Below are positions 30,992-40,549 of a DNA stretch of 64,000 bases, piece after piece; position 1 is the first letter of the stretch; the number at the start of each line of letters is the position of its first letter. The notes below the pieces were generated by a model. That model worked only from the letters and a program-made list of their open reading frames with translations. It was not told the DNA's origin and ran no database searches. The stretch lies in assembly GCA_963677895.2 (NCBI GenBank), contig CAXXGJ010000017.1, positions 64,001 to 128,000 of the forward strand, read 5' to 3'. This DNA comes from Treponemataceae bacterium (GTDB lineage Bacteria > Spirochaetota > Spirochaetia > Treponematales > Rectinemataceae). Position numbers and translations under genes: made by a program.

Positions 30992-32442
30992 CGATATGCC
31001 AGGCCTCCGGTGAGGCTTGCCTGGGGCGAGTCGCCGAACCAGCATTCGCCCTTCCCCCAGACTTCGATCGCGGGACTCAAGGCCGCCTCGACTCCGACGC
31101 CGACGATCAGGTTCCTGGTCACCGGCTCCTGGAGGTCGAACCAGGTGGCGGCGCCGTCGGAGGGGGGATAGGCGCTTTCGATGCCGTAGGCTCCTTTTCG
31201 CAAATATTTGAGCGAAAGGGCGGCGTTGAGGCTGGGGCTTTCCCAGGAGAGCTTCAGCATGTCGAGGACGGTGTCGGGACCATAGGGAAAACCGAGGTAG
31301 AAGGCGTTGGCCGTATACAGATAGCCGGTCGAGGTGTTGACGAGCCGATGGTCGGGCAGCGTCCATTTTCCCGAATCGTTCTCTCTGTTGTAGAGGTAGG
31401 TGGTGGTCCGATACCCCTCGTAGCTCAATCTCAGGCCTCCCGGTTCCAAAAAGCTATTCTCGCGAAGAGAATAATCGGCTTCCCTCATGCGGCCGAACAC
31501 GTAGGGCGAGCCGCCCGCGATTTTCCATTCGGCGCCGCCCAGTAATCCCAGGGCGGTCGGCCGATACGGGGAACCGTCGGAAGTCTCCCAGGGCATCACG
31601 AGATCGTCCATCACAATCTCTCCGAAGGTCCTGACCGTTCCGAATCTGACCTCGGCGCTGGCGTCGAGCATGACATTGCTGTAGGCGTCCTGGTACATGT
31701 TGTGGTAGACGGCGAAGGGCGAAATATCGATGAGGCCGGGCACTATGTCGTGGATGAGGTTGAGTTCGCCCACGGCAATCCTCAGCCGATCGCTAGAGTA
31801 GCCGACCCGATGGGCGAAGATGTTTTTATAGCCCCATCCGGCAGGTTCCGGGTCCAGCTGGGTCCACACGTTGCCCGCCCTATCCGCCCCGATGGCGACG
31901 AAACCGTACCACCACTCGCCCCTGCGCGTAGGGAAGCGATAGTCGATCCACAGGTGATCCAGATAGGGCGCGCTGTCAGATATGGCGAGCCCATAGGTGC
32001 CCGGCCCCCACTTAAGCTGGCGTCTTCCTATCGAAAGCAGAAGCTTCTCGCCGCCGAACTCGAAGTAGCCGACGGTGGGCATGTTCGCGTCGCCAATGGA
32101 GTTGATGCCATGAGCGACGAAGGGCAGATTGCCGTAATACCGCTCGGTGGCGAAGGATTGGAAATCGGGCCGGACGTCGACGCGAAAGACGAGCTCCGAC
32201 CTGGCCGCATGCAGCTCGAGTCCCAGGTTGAGCACGGAAGGGAAATCGTAGTAACGGGCATAATCCTCAGGACTCAGGGACAGCGTGTCGCTTAGGGGTG
32301 CGACGCTCGTGAAGTTGAAGGCGGGCATCGCCTGGACGAAAAACAGCGCCTCCCCCGGCAGCGGAGCCGGGGCGATCCATGAAAATAAGCCGAACAGGCA
32401 GCAGAAAAAGAGTCCGAGCGGCTTCGATTTCGAACCTGTCAT
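30976..32442 (-). CDS. Hypothetical exported protein, possible outer-membrane beta-barrel (Wzi-like)
   Basis: Signal-like N-terminus; 'IGRRQLKWGPG...LAISDSAPYLD' recalls the Wzi family; aromatic amphipathic strands; start placed at the ATGA overlap with the upstream stop. Confidence 0.5.
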   Translation of the reverse strand: MTGSKSKPLGLFFCCLFGLFSWIAPAPLPGEALFFVQAMPAFNFTSVAPLSDTLSLSPEDYARYYDFPSVLNLGLELHAARSELVFRVDVRPDFQSFATERYYGNLPFVAHGINSIGDANMPTVGYFEFGGEKLLLSIGRRQLKWGPGTYGLAISDSAPYLDHLWIDYRFPTRRGEWWYGFVAIGADRAGNVWTQLDPEPAGWGYKNIFAHRVGYSSDRLRIAVGELNLIHDIVPGLIDISPFAVYHNMYQDAYSNVMLDASAEVRFGTVRTFGEIVMDDLVMPWETSDGSPYRPTALGLLGGAEWKIAGGSPYVFGRMREADYSLRENSFLEPGGLRLSYEGYRTTTYLYNRENDSGKWTLPDHRLVNTSTGYLYTANAFYLGFPYGPDTVLDMLKLSWESPSLNAALSLKYLRKGAYGIESAYPPSDGAATWFDLQEPVTRNLIVGVGVEAALSPAIEVWGKGECWFGDSPQASLTGGLAYRYSTK

Positions 32443-34514
32443 CCGAAAATCGGTCCGAGCCATCCGGCGAAATACGCTACGGCGAGCGCGATGACGACGA
32501 GAAGCGCGATGTAGAGAGCCCAGGGCTTCTTTTTCTCGGCGAACGGATCCTTGATGACCTTGGCGGCCCCAGGAGGCAGAACGGCGAGATGACTCAGGGT
32601 CGCGCCGAAGGGAACGTTGATCTTGAGCCGTCCATTGACCGCCCAGCCTTCCGCGTTGAGCAGGGGGCCCAGATTCCTTTTCCGCAGCTTCATGTAGGCA
32701 AGAATCATGGAGGGACCGGAAATGAGGAGGAAAATGGCGGCGACGCCGACGGGCATCCAGACGCCCATGCCAAAGAAGATCCCCAGAATACCCGTAACCA
32801 TGGCGCCGACGCTTCCCAAGGCGACGCCGATGGCCGCTACGGTTCCGACGTCTATTTTCTTGGGCGCCAGCTGCTCCGGTTTGGGGCCGTTGACTGTTGT
32901 CTGCGCGACTCCCTTCATCTTGTCCATGTTCGCGGCTTCAGCCGAGGCCGCCCGCTTCATGGCGAGTTCCTCTACCGTCCTGATGAGCAGCTTATAGGGG
33001 CTGAAGAAGGCTTCGCGTATGCTGATAGGCTGAACGACGATCTTCGTGATGACGGCATCCCAATCGGCGCCCTCCGTATCGTAGTAAATGCCGTTTCGGC
33101 CGATGAAGATGTTGTCGGCGTCGCCGGCGGTCAAGGCCGCGACAATCGACTTTTTCCTGCCGTCCTTGCGGGATAGATCGCAATAAATAAGGTAGATGGA
33201 CGACAAACCTGCCATCGTGCCGTGAGCGGGGGCGTTTTTTACGTCCAGGCACAACTCCAGTTCCCTGCCGTCGAGAAAGAGCCTGCCCGACATGAACATT
33301 CCTCTTTTCCGAACATAGAATTCGTCAAGGTTGACAAAATTCCCCAGAATGCGCAGAAAATCCCTCTTAAGGATCAGCAGGGTCCTGATCTTGCCCAATG
33401 ATTCGGCCTTCCCCGCCATCGCCAGGTCCTTTTCTATAAGCGCGCGCAGCTTTTCCAGGGCATCCTGGCCGAAAGCGGGCTCGAAAACCTGTCCATCCAA
33501 AACGGCCACGCCCGTCTTGGGCTTGGAATCAGCCCAAGCGTTATATGAATACATCGTCGCCGCGATGTTCTCCCATTCGGCCTGTGTGACGGTGTTCGCC
33601 TGGCTGAGCTTCTTTGCCGAAAGGGCGAAAAACACCAGGACTGCCTTGCCATGGCTGGGGTGGAGGGCGCCATCGAGGCGCAGAACGCATGAAGCGTCGG
33701 GCAGGGCGACCGGTAGTCTGGCCAACTCTTCGGAATCAGCGGGGAGATTTCTGGACAAAACCGTTGCCATGAGCGCTTCCAGCTCCCCCATGGCGGAAGA
33801 AGACCCCGACATGGCCAGAATGCGGCAGCGCTTGAAATAATCATCGAGCTGCGGGCCGATCGCCTTGAAAAGGTCGGCTGCCTTCCTGCCCTCCTCTTCC
33901 GAGGCGAAAAGACCCGTAAAGGCCTCGGCCCCGATCAGCCATGACCGGTAATCCGTTACGTCGGCGCCGAACCTGTCCAGGGAAGCCGCGTCCACGCCCG
34001 CTTCGCCGCCGGAATCCTGCGCCGCGTAGCCCGTTCCGACCAGGGCGGCGATCAGCGTCTTCGAAGCCTCATCCTCGGCCGAAGCCGAAACCACGACGCC
34101 ATCTCCATTGAAAGGAAGGGCGGAGAACGTGTTTATCGCCTCTTCGACCGTGGCGAGATCGATGGATTTATGCTTGCCCTGCATCTGCGAGACGGCTTGA
34201 TTCAGCGCCGCGTCCTTCAGCTGCTCGGCGGCAATGCTGTCGTTCTGCTCGAAGAGAATGTCGAGCGAATTCAGCTGCCCCTTCAGCTCCTCGATGGTTC
34301 TGAGGATATCGGGAACCCTTATTTTTCCGTCTTTGTCGGCATCGAGATAGGCTAGACCGTCCTTGAAGGCGGGCTGGGCGGCCGGCATGGCGAGGACAGC
34401 CCACAATTTCTGATCCAGATCGCCAAGCCGGGCTATATCGGCTCCATTTCTGATGACTACCTGATCCACACCGCCAATTCGAGAAAAACTCCAAGCGCCA
34501 GCAGTTTCTTTCAT
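32439..34514 (-). CDS. Hypothetical membrane-anchored protein with an EF-hand-like motif
   Basis: 691 aa; 'LDADKDGKIRVPD'; three hydrophobic segments near the C-terminus; AAGGAG upstream. Confidence 0.75.
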   Translation of the reverse strand: MKETAGAWSFSRIGGVDQVVIRNGADIARLGDLDQKLWAVLAMPAAQPAFKDGLAYLDADKDGKIRVPDILRTIEELKGQLNSLDILFEQNDSIAAEQLKDAALNQAVSQMQGKHKSIDLATVEEAINTFSALPFNGDGVVVSASAEDEASKTLIAALVGTGYAAQDSGGEAGVDAASLDRFGADVTDYRSWLIGAEAFTGLFASEEEGRKAADLFKAIGPQLDDYFKRCRILAMSGSSSAMGELEALMATVLSRNLPADSEELARLPVALPDASCVLRLDGALHPSHGKAVLVFFALSAKKLSQANTVTQAEWENIAATMYSYNAWADSKPKTGVAVLDGQVFEPAFGQDALEKLRALIEKDLAMAGKAESLGKIRTLLILKRDFLRILGNFVNLDEFYVRKRGMFMSGRLFLDGRELELCLDVKNAPAHGTMAGLSSIYLIYCDLSRKDGRKKSIVAALTAGDADNIFIGRNGIYYDTEGADWDAVITKIVVQPISIREAFFSPYKLLIRTVEELAMKRAASAEAANMDKMKGVAQTTVNGPKPEQLAPKKIDVGTVAAIGVALGSVGAMVTGILGIFFGMGVWMPVGVAAIFLLISGPSMILAYMKLRKRNLGPLLNAEGWAVNGRLKINVPFGATLSHLAVLPPGAAKVIKDPFAEKKKPWALYIALLVVIALAVAYFAGWLGPIFG

Positions 34515-34706
34515 AGGGATAGACTCCTTATCTGCACGATCATTCTAGTCGCTGCCTGTTACAGTATCAGCGGTTTTCTTTTTCCGCGCAAGGCTATATA
34601 TAGATTTCCAGGCATAAGTCATTTGACCGGCTCCAGAGAATTTGGCTATACTATATGAGCAAATCCCAAACGGAAAATTTCCAGGAAAGATATTCAAGGA
34701 GCCGTC

Positions 34707-35024
34707 ATGAGCGTCGAAGTAACCCTTACCTCAGCCAACTTCCAGGCGGAAGTTCTCGATTCAAAAATCCCCGTCCTCGTCGATTTCTGGGCCGAATGGT
34801 GCATGCCTTGCAGGATGATCGCCCCTTCGATCGCCCAGATCGCCGAAGCCAATGAAGGCAAAATCAAGGTAGGGAAAGTAAATGTCGACGATGAAGGCGA
34901 TATAGCTTCGCAATATGGCATCATCTCGATCCCCACGCTTCTGTTTTTCAAGGACGGCCAGCTCGCCAAACAGAAAGTAGGGGCTCTGCCCAAACACGAG
35001 ATTGAGAACTTCATAAAAGACTGA
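34707..35024 (+). CDS. trxA: Thioredoxin
   Basis: 'VLVDFWAEWCMPC', 'SIPTLL'. Confidence 0.95.
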   Translation: MSVEVTLTSANFQAEVLDSKIPVLVDFWAEWCMPCRMIAPSIAQIAEANEGKIKVGKVNVDDEGDIASQYGIISIPTLLFFKDGQLAKQKVGALPKHEIENFIKD

Positions 35025-35054
35025 ACCTAAACGCTCCGGAGCGTCTCCAGGATC

Positions 35055-36191
35055 TTAACGGATCTTGGAGTCGCTCATTTTTGTCTTCTTGGAACCTGCG
35101 GCGGGTTTTCCCGGAGCGGCGATGCCCGGGCTCTGGCTGCCCGATTCCCCGACCTGCCATTGACCGGCCCCCGGGTCGCCATCGCGATTCCGGTGCAGGG
35201 GCTTGGAAGCCGAGCTCTTCCAGGGAAATCCGTCTTCCCATAATGGCGGGCTGGAGCAAGGCCAGAGATCGGCAAGCGTCAACTCCTCCAGAAAACCCAA
35301 AAGCTTAGCCGAATCGACCTCTCCTGTTTTTTCTGAGGAAACGAAGAAGACGCCATCCACTGGCTGATCTTCTTCCCTGAGCCTTACCATGATAAGGCCG
35401 GTCTCATCCGGAATTCCGCCCGCTTCGGTCCAGAAATCCCTTCCCGTGGCGCTCGCGTCCACGCCTCCCGAAAGCGAAAGATCCGGCCCGGTTTCGTCCA
35501 CTTCGGACTGAAGGCCTTCGGGGGCGCAATGCAGGACAACGAGAGAATTCTTGGCCGCTTCGCTGGGCGGAAAAGTGTAGGACATGATCTTTACCGAACT
35601 GGCCCATTGGACCTGTATCCCCCCGGTATTTCCGCCTTCCTCGACCGTGAACTCGACATAATCCCTATGGGGATTACTGGCCGAACTGTTCTTGCCCGTC
35701 TGTATCTCGTTTATGCGCAGCAGCGCGGGTTTTTCATTGTAGCCGACGAAGGAAAAAAGGAATCTCGTCGTATTGCCGGACTCGTCCCTGGCCTCGCCGG
35801 AGAGGGAGCAGGCCTCCCCCGCAGCGGCCGCTGGCTCCAACGAGACGGTCAGGAGCGCCCCCTCGGAACCGGGCGTCGCTCTGGTAGCCGCGGGAGCGAA
35901 AGCGAAACTCTGGATCACCGGCTGGATATTTTCGTCGAAGAGAATCTTGAAGGTTCCCGGATCGCTCTGGCCGGCGTCAAGAATGGAGGGGGGCCTGATA
36001 TCGCCCGCCGGCAGAAGTATGTCCGCAGGATCGGGGGAGCAGGCAACGAGGAAAGCGGCGGCCGCGAGACAAGGCCAGAGCGTGGCGATTCGCCGTGAGA
36101 TGAATGGACAAAGGCAGCTGCCGCCGCCGTTACTTCTTTTAAGGCTAGCGGCCTCTGGCCTCCGCATTCCCGAAAGTCCGGACCTCCCCAT
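35055..36191 (-). CDS. Hypothetical lipoprotein with lamin-tail-like (Ig-fold) segment
   Basis: Lipobox-like 'AAFLVAC'; 'LRINEIQ...DYVEF'; GGAGG upstream of 36191. Confidence 0.55.
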   Translation of the reverse strand: MGRSGLSGMRRPEAASLKRSNGGGSCLCPFISRRIATLWPCLAAAAFLVACSPDPADILLPAGDIRPPSILDAGQSDPGTFKILFDENIQPVIQSFAFAPAATRATPGSEGALLTVSLEPAAAAGEACSLSGEARDESGNTTRFLFSFVGYNEKPALLRINEIQTGKNSSASNPHRDYVEFTVEEGGNTGGIQVQWASSVKIMSYTFPPSEAAKNSLVVLHCAPEGLQSEVDETGPDLSLSGGVDASATGRDFWTEAGGIPDETGLIMVRLREEDQPVDGVFFVSSEKTGEVDSAKLLGFLEELTLADLWPCSSPPLWEDGFPWKSSASKPLHRNRDGDPGAGQWQVGESGSQSPGIAAPGKPAAGSKKTKMSDSKIR

Positions 36192-36288
36192 GGATACCTC
36201 CTGGCTACGTCTCACCCTACGAACGTCCGGAGATTATTCCTTCGCTTCAATATTGCCGGGCGGCGCCTCCCTGAAGTAAGATTGTCGC

Positions 36289-36747
36289 ATGAATATTGTA
36301 ATAGCCAACGACCATGGCGCCGTCGAACTTAAAAAACGGCTTCTCCAATGGTTGCAGAAAAATGGGCATTCGGTAAGGAATCTGGGCGTCGACTCGGAAG
36401 ACAGGGTCGATTACCCAGACATGGCGGCTCTGGCGGTCAAGGAGTATTCCAGGGGCGGCTATGATTTCGGCATCCTGCTCTGCGGGACCGGCATCGGAAT
36501 TTCCATCGCCGCGAACAGGCATAAGGGAATCCGCTGCGCCCTCATCCACGACAGCTTCACCGCCCTCATGGCCAAGGAGCATAACAACGCCAACTTCCTC
36601 GCCTTCGGCGGAAGGGTTCAATACAGGGAAAAGCCTGAAGATATTCTGGAAGTGTTCATGAACGCCAGCTTCCAGGGCGGCCGCCACGAGCTGAGGATAG
36701 AAAAACTGGACGCGTTTGAGGAAACGGAGAATTTCACCTTACCCTGA
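36289..36747 (+). CDS. rpiB: Ribose 5-phosphate isomerase B
   Basis: 'DHGA', 'DYPD', 'CGTGIGISIAAN', 'EHNNAN', 'GGRH'. Confidence 0.95.
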   Translation: MNIVIANDHGAVELKKRLLQWLQKNGHSVRNLGVDSEDRVDYPDMAALAVKEYSRGGYDFGILLCGTGIGISIAANRHKGIRCALIHDSFTALMAKEHNNANFLAFGGRVQYREKPEDILEVFMNASFQGGRHELRIEKLDAFEETENFTLP

Positions 36748-37843
36748 TGCGGAGAAGTTCGGTCCGGTCGACGACGAGGCTGGCTCCGTAAAGGGCGGCG
36801 CCCAAAAGACCCGCTCTGCGCGACAGAAGCGCCGTATCGAATTTGCATTGCCTCCATGCATCGCGATACACCTTCTCGCGCACGAGTCCGGCGATCCGCG
36901 CCGGCAGGTGGGGGGCTCCCGCTATGACGCCGCCGCCGAAGACGACGGTATCGGGCGCCAACATGGCCAAGGCTGCCGATACGGCGCGTGCCAGAGCCTC
37001 GGCGGCTACCGCGTCGACGGCGAGCGCGAGGCGATCCCCGGCCGCGTAGGCTTCGTAGACTTCCCGGGCGTTAAAACATTCACCGGCGAGCGCGCGCGCC
37101 GCCAGGGGCGAATCTTTGAATGAGGAGGCAGGGCCGGCGGCGCGCGCCATCGACCCGAGCCCCGCGTCTTCTCCCCTGCCCAAGGCGGCCGCTATCTTCC
37201 CGATGGATGGCCCCGAAGCGTAGGCCTCGGAGCAGCCGTCGATGCCGCAGGCGCAGCGCCTGCCGGAAGGTTCGATCACGAAATGCCCGATCTCCAGCGC
37301 CCTGTCGTCGCAGCCGCCGAAGATCCTGCCATTTTCCACATAGCCGCCGCCGATCCCCGTCCCCAGGCCTATGAACAGCAAACCTTTCGGGCTTCCTTCC
37401 CTCGCCGCCCACTCCCCGTAGGCGGCCATATTACCATCGTTGCGAACGGCGCAGAGAGCGGCAGCCATGGCGGATATTTCTTCTCGAAGCTTCGTTCCAT
37501 ACCAGCCGGAAATATTGGCCGACATGCCGACGATGACTCCGTCGCGATCCACCCCGCCTGGCGTGCCGACGCCCACCGAGGCAATCGTTCCAACAGCCGA
37601 AAGCTCGGCGATAACGCCGCGGATGACATCCAGGACGGCGGCCGCTCCACCCGGGGCGATCGCGCCCCACGAGGCAGCCGTCTCCCGCGAGGCGGCCGCC
37701 CCACCCGGGGCGATCGCGCCCCGCGAGGCGGGCGTAGTCCGCGACACCTCATGTCTCGTCTTCCCCGCGCCATCCAGGACGATGCCCTTTATGCTTTGCC
37801 CGCCTATGTCCAGACCGGCGTAGAGCTTTTCCATTCGGATCAT
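36734..37843 (-). CDS. ROK-family sugar kinase (glucokinase-like)
   Basis: 'GLDIGG', 'NDGNMAAYGE', 'LGTGIGGG', 'EIGH', Zn motif 'CACG..GCSE'. Confidence 0.9.
   Translation of the reverse strand: MIRMEKLYAGLDIGGQSIKGIVLDGAGKTRHEVSRTTPASRGAIAPGGAAASRETAASWGAIAPGGAAAVLDVIRGVIAELSAVGTIASVGVGTPGGVDRDGVIVGMSANISGWYGTKLREEISAMAAALCAVRNDGNMAAYGEWAAREGSPKGLLFIGLGTGIGGGYVENGRIFGGCDDRALEIGHFVIEPSGRRCACGIDGCSEAYASGPSIGKIAAALGRGEDAGLGSMARAAGPASSFKDSPLAARALAGECFNAREVYEAYAAGDRLALAVDAVAAEALARAVSAALAMLAPDTVVFGGGVIAGAPHLPARIAGLVREKVYRDAWRQCKFDTALLSRRAGLLGAALYGASLVVDRTELLRIRVR
37637..37729. repeat. In-frame direct repeat (39-bp copies, 54-bp period), each copy containing a GGGGCG-ATCG-CGCCCC hairpin
   Basis: 37637-37675 and 37691-37729 differ at 2 positions; encodes AS(R/W)GAIAPGGAA twice. 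Confidence 0.85.
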
Positions 37844-37849
37844 ATCCTT

Positions 37850-39265
37850 TCAGAGAATATAGGTTTCACCCGCTTGAACTATCTCTACGGCCGCGGCGCC
37901 CGCTCCCAGCACCTTCTCCCTCATCGAAGCGAGGGCTTCCGATTCGCCATGGACGAGGAACACTTTCTTGATCCTCGCGATATCGGTTCCCTTCAGCCAA
38001 TCGAGCGTTTCCTTCCAGTCGGCGTGAGCCGAAAAAGCGTCTATTTCCTGGATATCGGCCTTCACCCTGAACCAGTCTCCATGAATCCGCACATCTTTGG
38101 CTCCGTCCCTCAATCGCCTGCCCAGAGTTCCCTCGGCCATATAGCCGACGATAAGGATAGTATTCGCGGCGCTGCCCACATTGTGGATCAGATGATGCTG
38201 TATCCTTCCGAATTCGCACATTCCATCGGCGGATATGATGATCATGGACCCCTTCGCAGCGTTGAGGGCCTTGGAATCGGCGACCGTCCTGGAAAAACGA
38301 AGCGCTGCGAAGCCGAAAGGATTCTCGGAATGGACCGTGAAGGCATCGTGGGTCTGCTGGTCGTAGCATTCGGGATGAAGACGGAATATCTCCGTCGCGT
38401 CCACCGCCATAGGCGAATCCACCCAGATGGGCAAATCGGGAATTTCGCCTTTGTCCTGGAGAAGGTGGAGATTGAAAACAAGCTCCTGCGTTCTTTCCAC
38501 GGCGAAGGCGGGAATGATGATCTTACCGCCGGACCGGACGGTGTTCGTCACGATATAAGCCAGCCTTTTCAGGGCATCGGCCGTGTCTTCATGCAGTTTG
38601 TTGCCGTAGGTGCTCTCCAGAACCAGGTAATCGAGATCCTCGAGGAATTCGGGATCGCGGATTATGGGCTTGTCCTTCCTGCCAAGGTCCCCGCTGAAGC
38701 CCACCACGAGTTCCTCGCCGTCGGCCGCTTTCAGTTTCATCCGAACGAGAGCTGAACCCAGTATGTGGCCGGCGTCGAAAAATTCAATAGAGACGCCATC
38801 CATGAGGGTAATAGGCCGGTGATAGTTGATGGTGACGAACTGACCCGTCGTCTTGACGACATCCAGGTCTTCGTACAGCGGCTTCCAGTCGAATTTTTCA
38901 TTCTTCTTGTCCGCCTGGCGGGAGAGATAGTCGGCATCGCGCGCCTGGATGCGCGCCGAATCCATCATGACGAGATTGGCGAGATCCCTCGTCGCCGACG
39001 TCGAGTAGATATTGCCCGAAAATCCGCGCTTTACCAAAAGCGGCAGGAGCCCGCAATGGTCGAAATGAGCGTGCGTGAGGACGACGGCGTCGATGGCCGA
39101 GGCGGGAAGCTCACCGAGAAGCGCGCGGTTTTTCGCGTCCGATTCGGCTCTTCTCCCCTGGAAGGCCCCGCAATCGACCAATATCCGTTTCCCGTCCATT
39201 TCGACAAGATGTTTGGAACCCGTCACTTCACCAGCGGCGCCCAGAGAGCGAATGGATATACTCAT
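37850..39265 (-). CDS. MBL-fold metallo-hydrolase, beta-CASP ribonuclease family
   Basis: 'THAHFDH', 'AGHILGS', 'SGDLG', 'ESTYG', 'FSAHAD', 'LVHGE'. Confidence 0.92.
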   Translation of the reverse strand: MSISIRSLGAAGEVTGSKHLVEMDGKRILVDCGAFQGRRAESDAKNRALLGELPASAIDAVVLTHAHFDHCGLLPLLVKRGFSGNIYSTSATRDLANLVMMDSARIQARDADYLSRQADKKNEKFDWKPLYEDLDVVKTTGQFVTINYHRPITLMDGVSIEFFDAGHILGSALVRMKLKAADGEELVVGFSGDLGRKDKPIIRDPEFLEDLDYLVLESTYGNKLHEDTADALKRLAYIVTNTVRSGGKIIIPAFAVERTQELVFNLHLLQDKGEIPDLPIWVDSPMAVDATEIFRLHPECYDQQTHDAFTVHSENPFGFAALRFSRTVADSKALNAAKGSMIIISADGMCEFGRIQHHLIHNVGSAANTILIVGYMAEGTLGRRLRDGAKDVRIHGDWFRVKADIQEIDAFSAHADWKETLDWLKGTDIARIKKVFLVHGESEALASMREKVLGAGAAAVEIVQAGETYIL

Positions 39266-39361
39266 ACCACAAGTATACCATCAAGTTTCCGTTAGGCAAA
39301 GAAAACTTGCCTTCGGCCGTACTTGCGGAATTCTCGAATATCTGCCTATTATCATTCCAGC

Positions 39362-40540
39362 ATGGCTGACAGGATAACCCTTACCGTTGAAAAGCTCGCT
39401 TCGGGCGGCGACGGTATCGCATTCCTCGACGGCAAGGCCGTCTTCATCCCCTTCAGCATTCCCGGCGAGAAAATAACCTGCGAAATCGCCGAAACATCCA
39501 AAGACTATATCCGCGCGAAACTCCTCGACGTTCTTGTCCCCTCCCCCTTCAGGGTAAAGCCCCCCTGTCCCATTTTCGGCTTCTGCGGCGGCTGCGGCCT
39601 ACAGCACATAGAGTATGGCCATCAGCTCGAATTCAAGGCCGAGGCCGTCAGGGACAGCTTCAGGCGCATCGCCAAGCTCGATCCGACAGGAATGGCGATA
39701 AAGAGCGGCGCGCCCAACGGCTACAGGAACAGGGTCCAGCTTCACGTCACGAGTGATCACGGAATCGGCTTCATGGAAGCCGATTCCGCGTCTTCGCTCC
39801 GGGCCGAAGGCTGCCCCATAGCCGCGCCCTGCATCGACGCATGGCTGCGCCGCCAGAACCGGAAGTCCAGACCGGACAAAGAGCTTCAGGCGCGGATAGG
39901 CCAGCGCGACCGCTTCGTCGTGTTCGGCCAGGATGAGCGGCTCTACATCGAAGGGATCGACGCTCAGGCGAAAGCCCTAGTGGCGGGCAGGGAATACCGT
40001 TTCCCGCTCAAGCACTTTTTCCAGAGCAATCTGGAGATGGCCGGCGCCCTCGTCGACGACGCCCTGCGGGGCATCTCGGGACAAAAAGCCGTAGACCTCT
40101 ACAGCGGCGCCGGCCTATTCGCCGCCCGCCTGGCCGGGCAGTTCGGCGAGGTGACCTGCGTCGAAAGCGATGCCGTGTCGCTGGAAGCGGCCCGGGGCAA
40201 CCTGCCCGCGGGAACCGGACGTTTCGTGCCCACCGACGTCGAAACCTGGGCCCTGGCGGCCGCCGCGCGCGCTCGCCGCGGGGAAGCCTCCCGTTTCGAC
40301 TGGGTTCTCGCCGATCCTCCGCGCAGCGGGCTCTCGCCCGCCACAAGGGAATGGCTGAAAGGCGCTAATATAGGCGGCTTCATCTACGTTTCCTGCGATC
40401 ACGTGACGATGGCGCGCGACATCGGCGACCTTACCCGCGCGGGTTGGAGCCTGGAATCCTTGACGCTGTATGATTTTTATCCCCAGACGGGATATATCGA
40501 AGCCCTCGGGCGGCTTAAGCCCCCCGAGAACGCCATATAG
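39362..40540 (+). CDS. TRAM-domain class I SAM-dependent RNA (uracil-5)-methyltransferase (RlmD-like)
   Basis: TRAM N-terminus, Fe-S motif 'C.....CGGC', 'FFQSN', 'DLYSGAG', 'DPPRSG', 'YVSCD'. Confidence 0.9.
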   Translation: MADRITLTVEKLASGGDGIAFLDGKAVFIPFSIPGEKITCEIAETSKDYIRAKLLDVLVPSPFRVKPPCPIFGFCGGCGLQHIEYGHQLEFKAEAVRDSFRRIAKLDPTGMAIKSGAPNGYRNRVQLHVTSDHGIGFMEADSASSLRAEGCPIAAPCIDAWLRRQNRKSRPDKELQARIGQRDRFVVFGQDERLYIEGIDAQAKALVAGREYRFPLKHFFQSNLEMAGALVDDALRGISGQKAVDLYSGAGLFAARLAGQFGEVTCVESDAVSLEAARGNLPAGTGRFVPTDVETWALAAAARARRGEASRFDWVLADPPRSGLSPATREWLKGANIGGFIYVSCDHVTMARDIGDLTRAGWSLESLTLYDFYPQTGYIEALGRLKPPENAI

Positions 40541-40549
40541 GAGGCTACC

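Noticed and set aside
34707..35024. Thioredoxin active site WCMPC instead of WCGPC
   Set aside because: A CxxC variant seen in other bacterial thioredoxins; not remarkable alone
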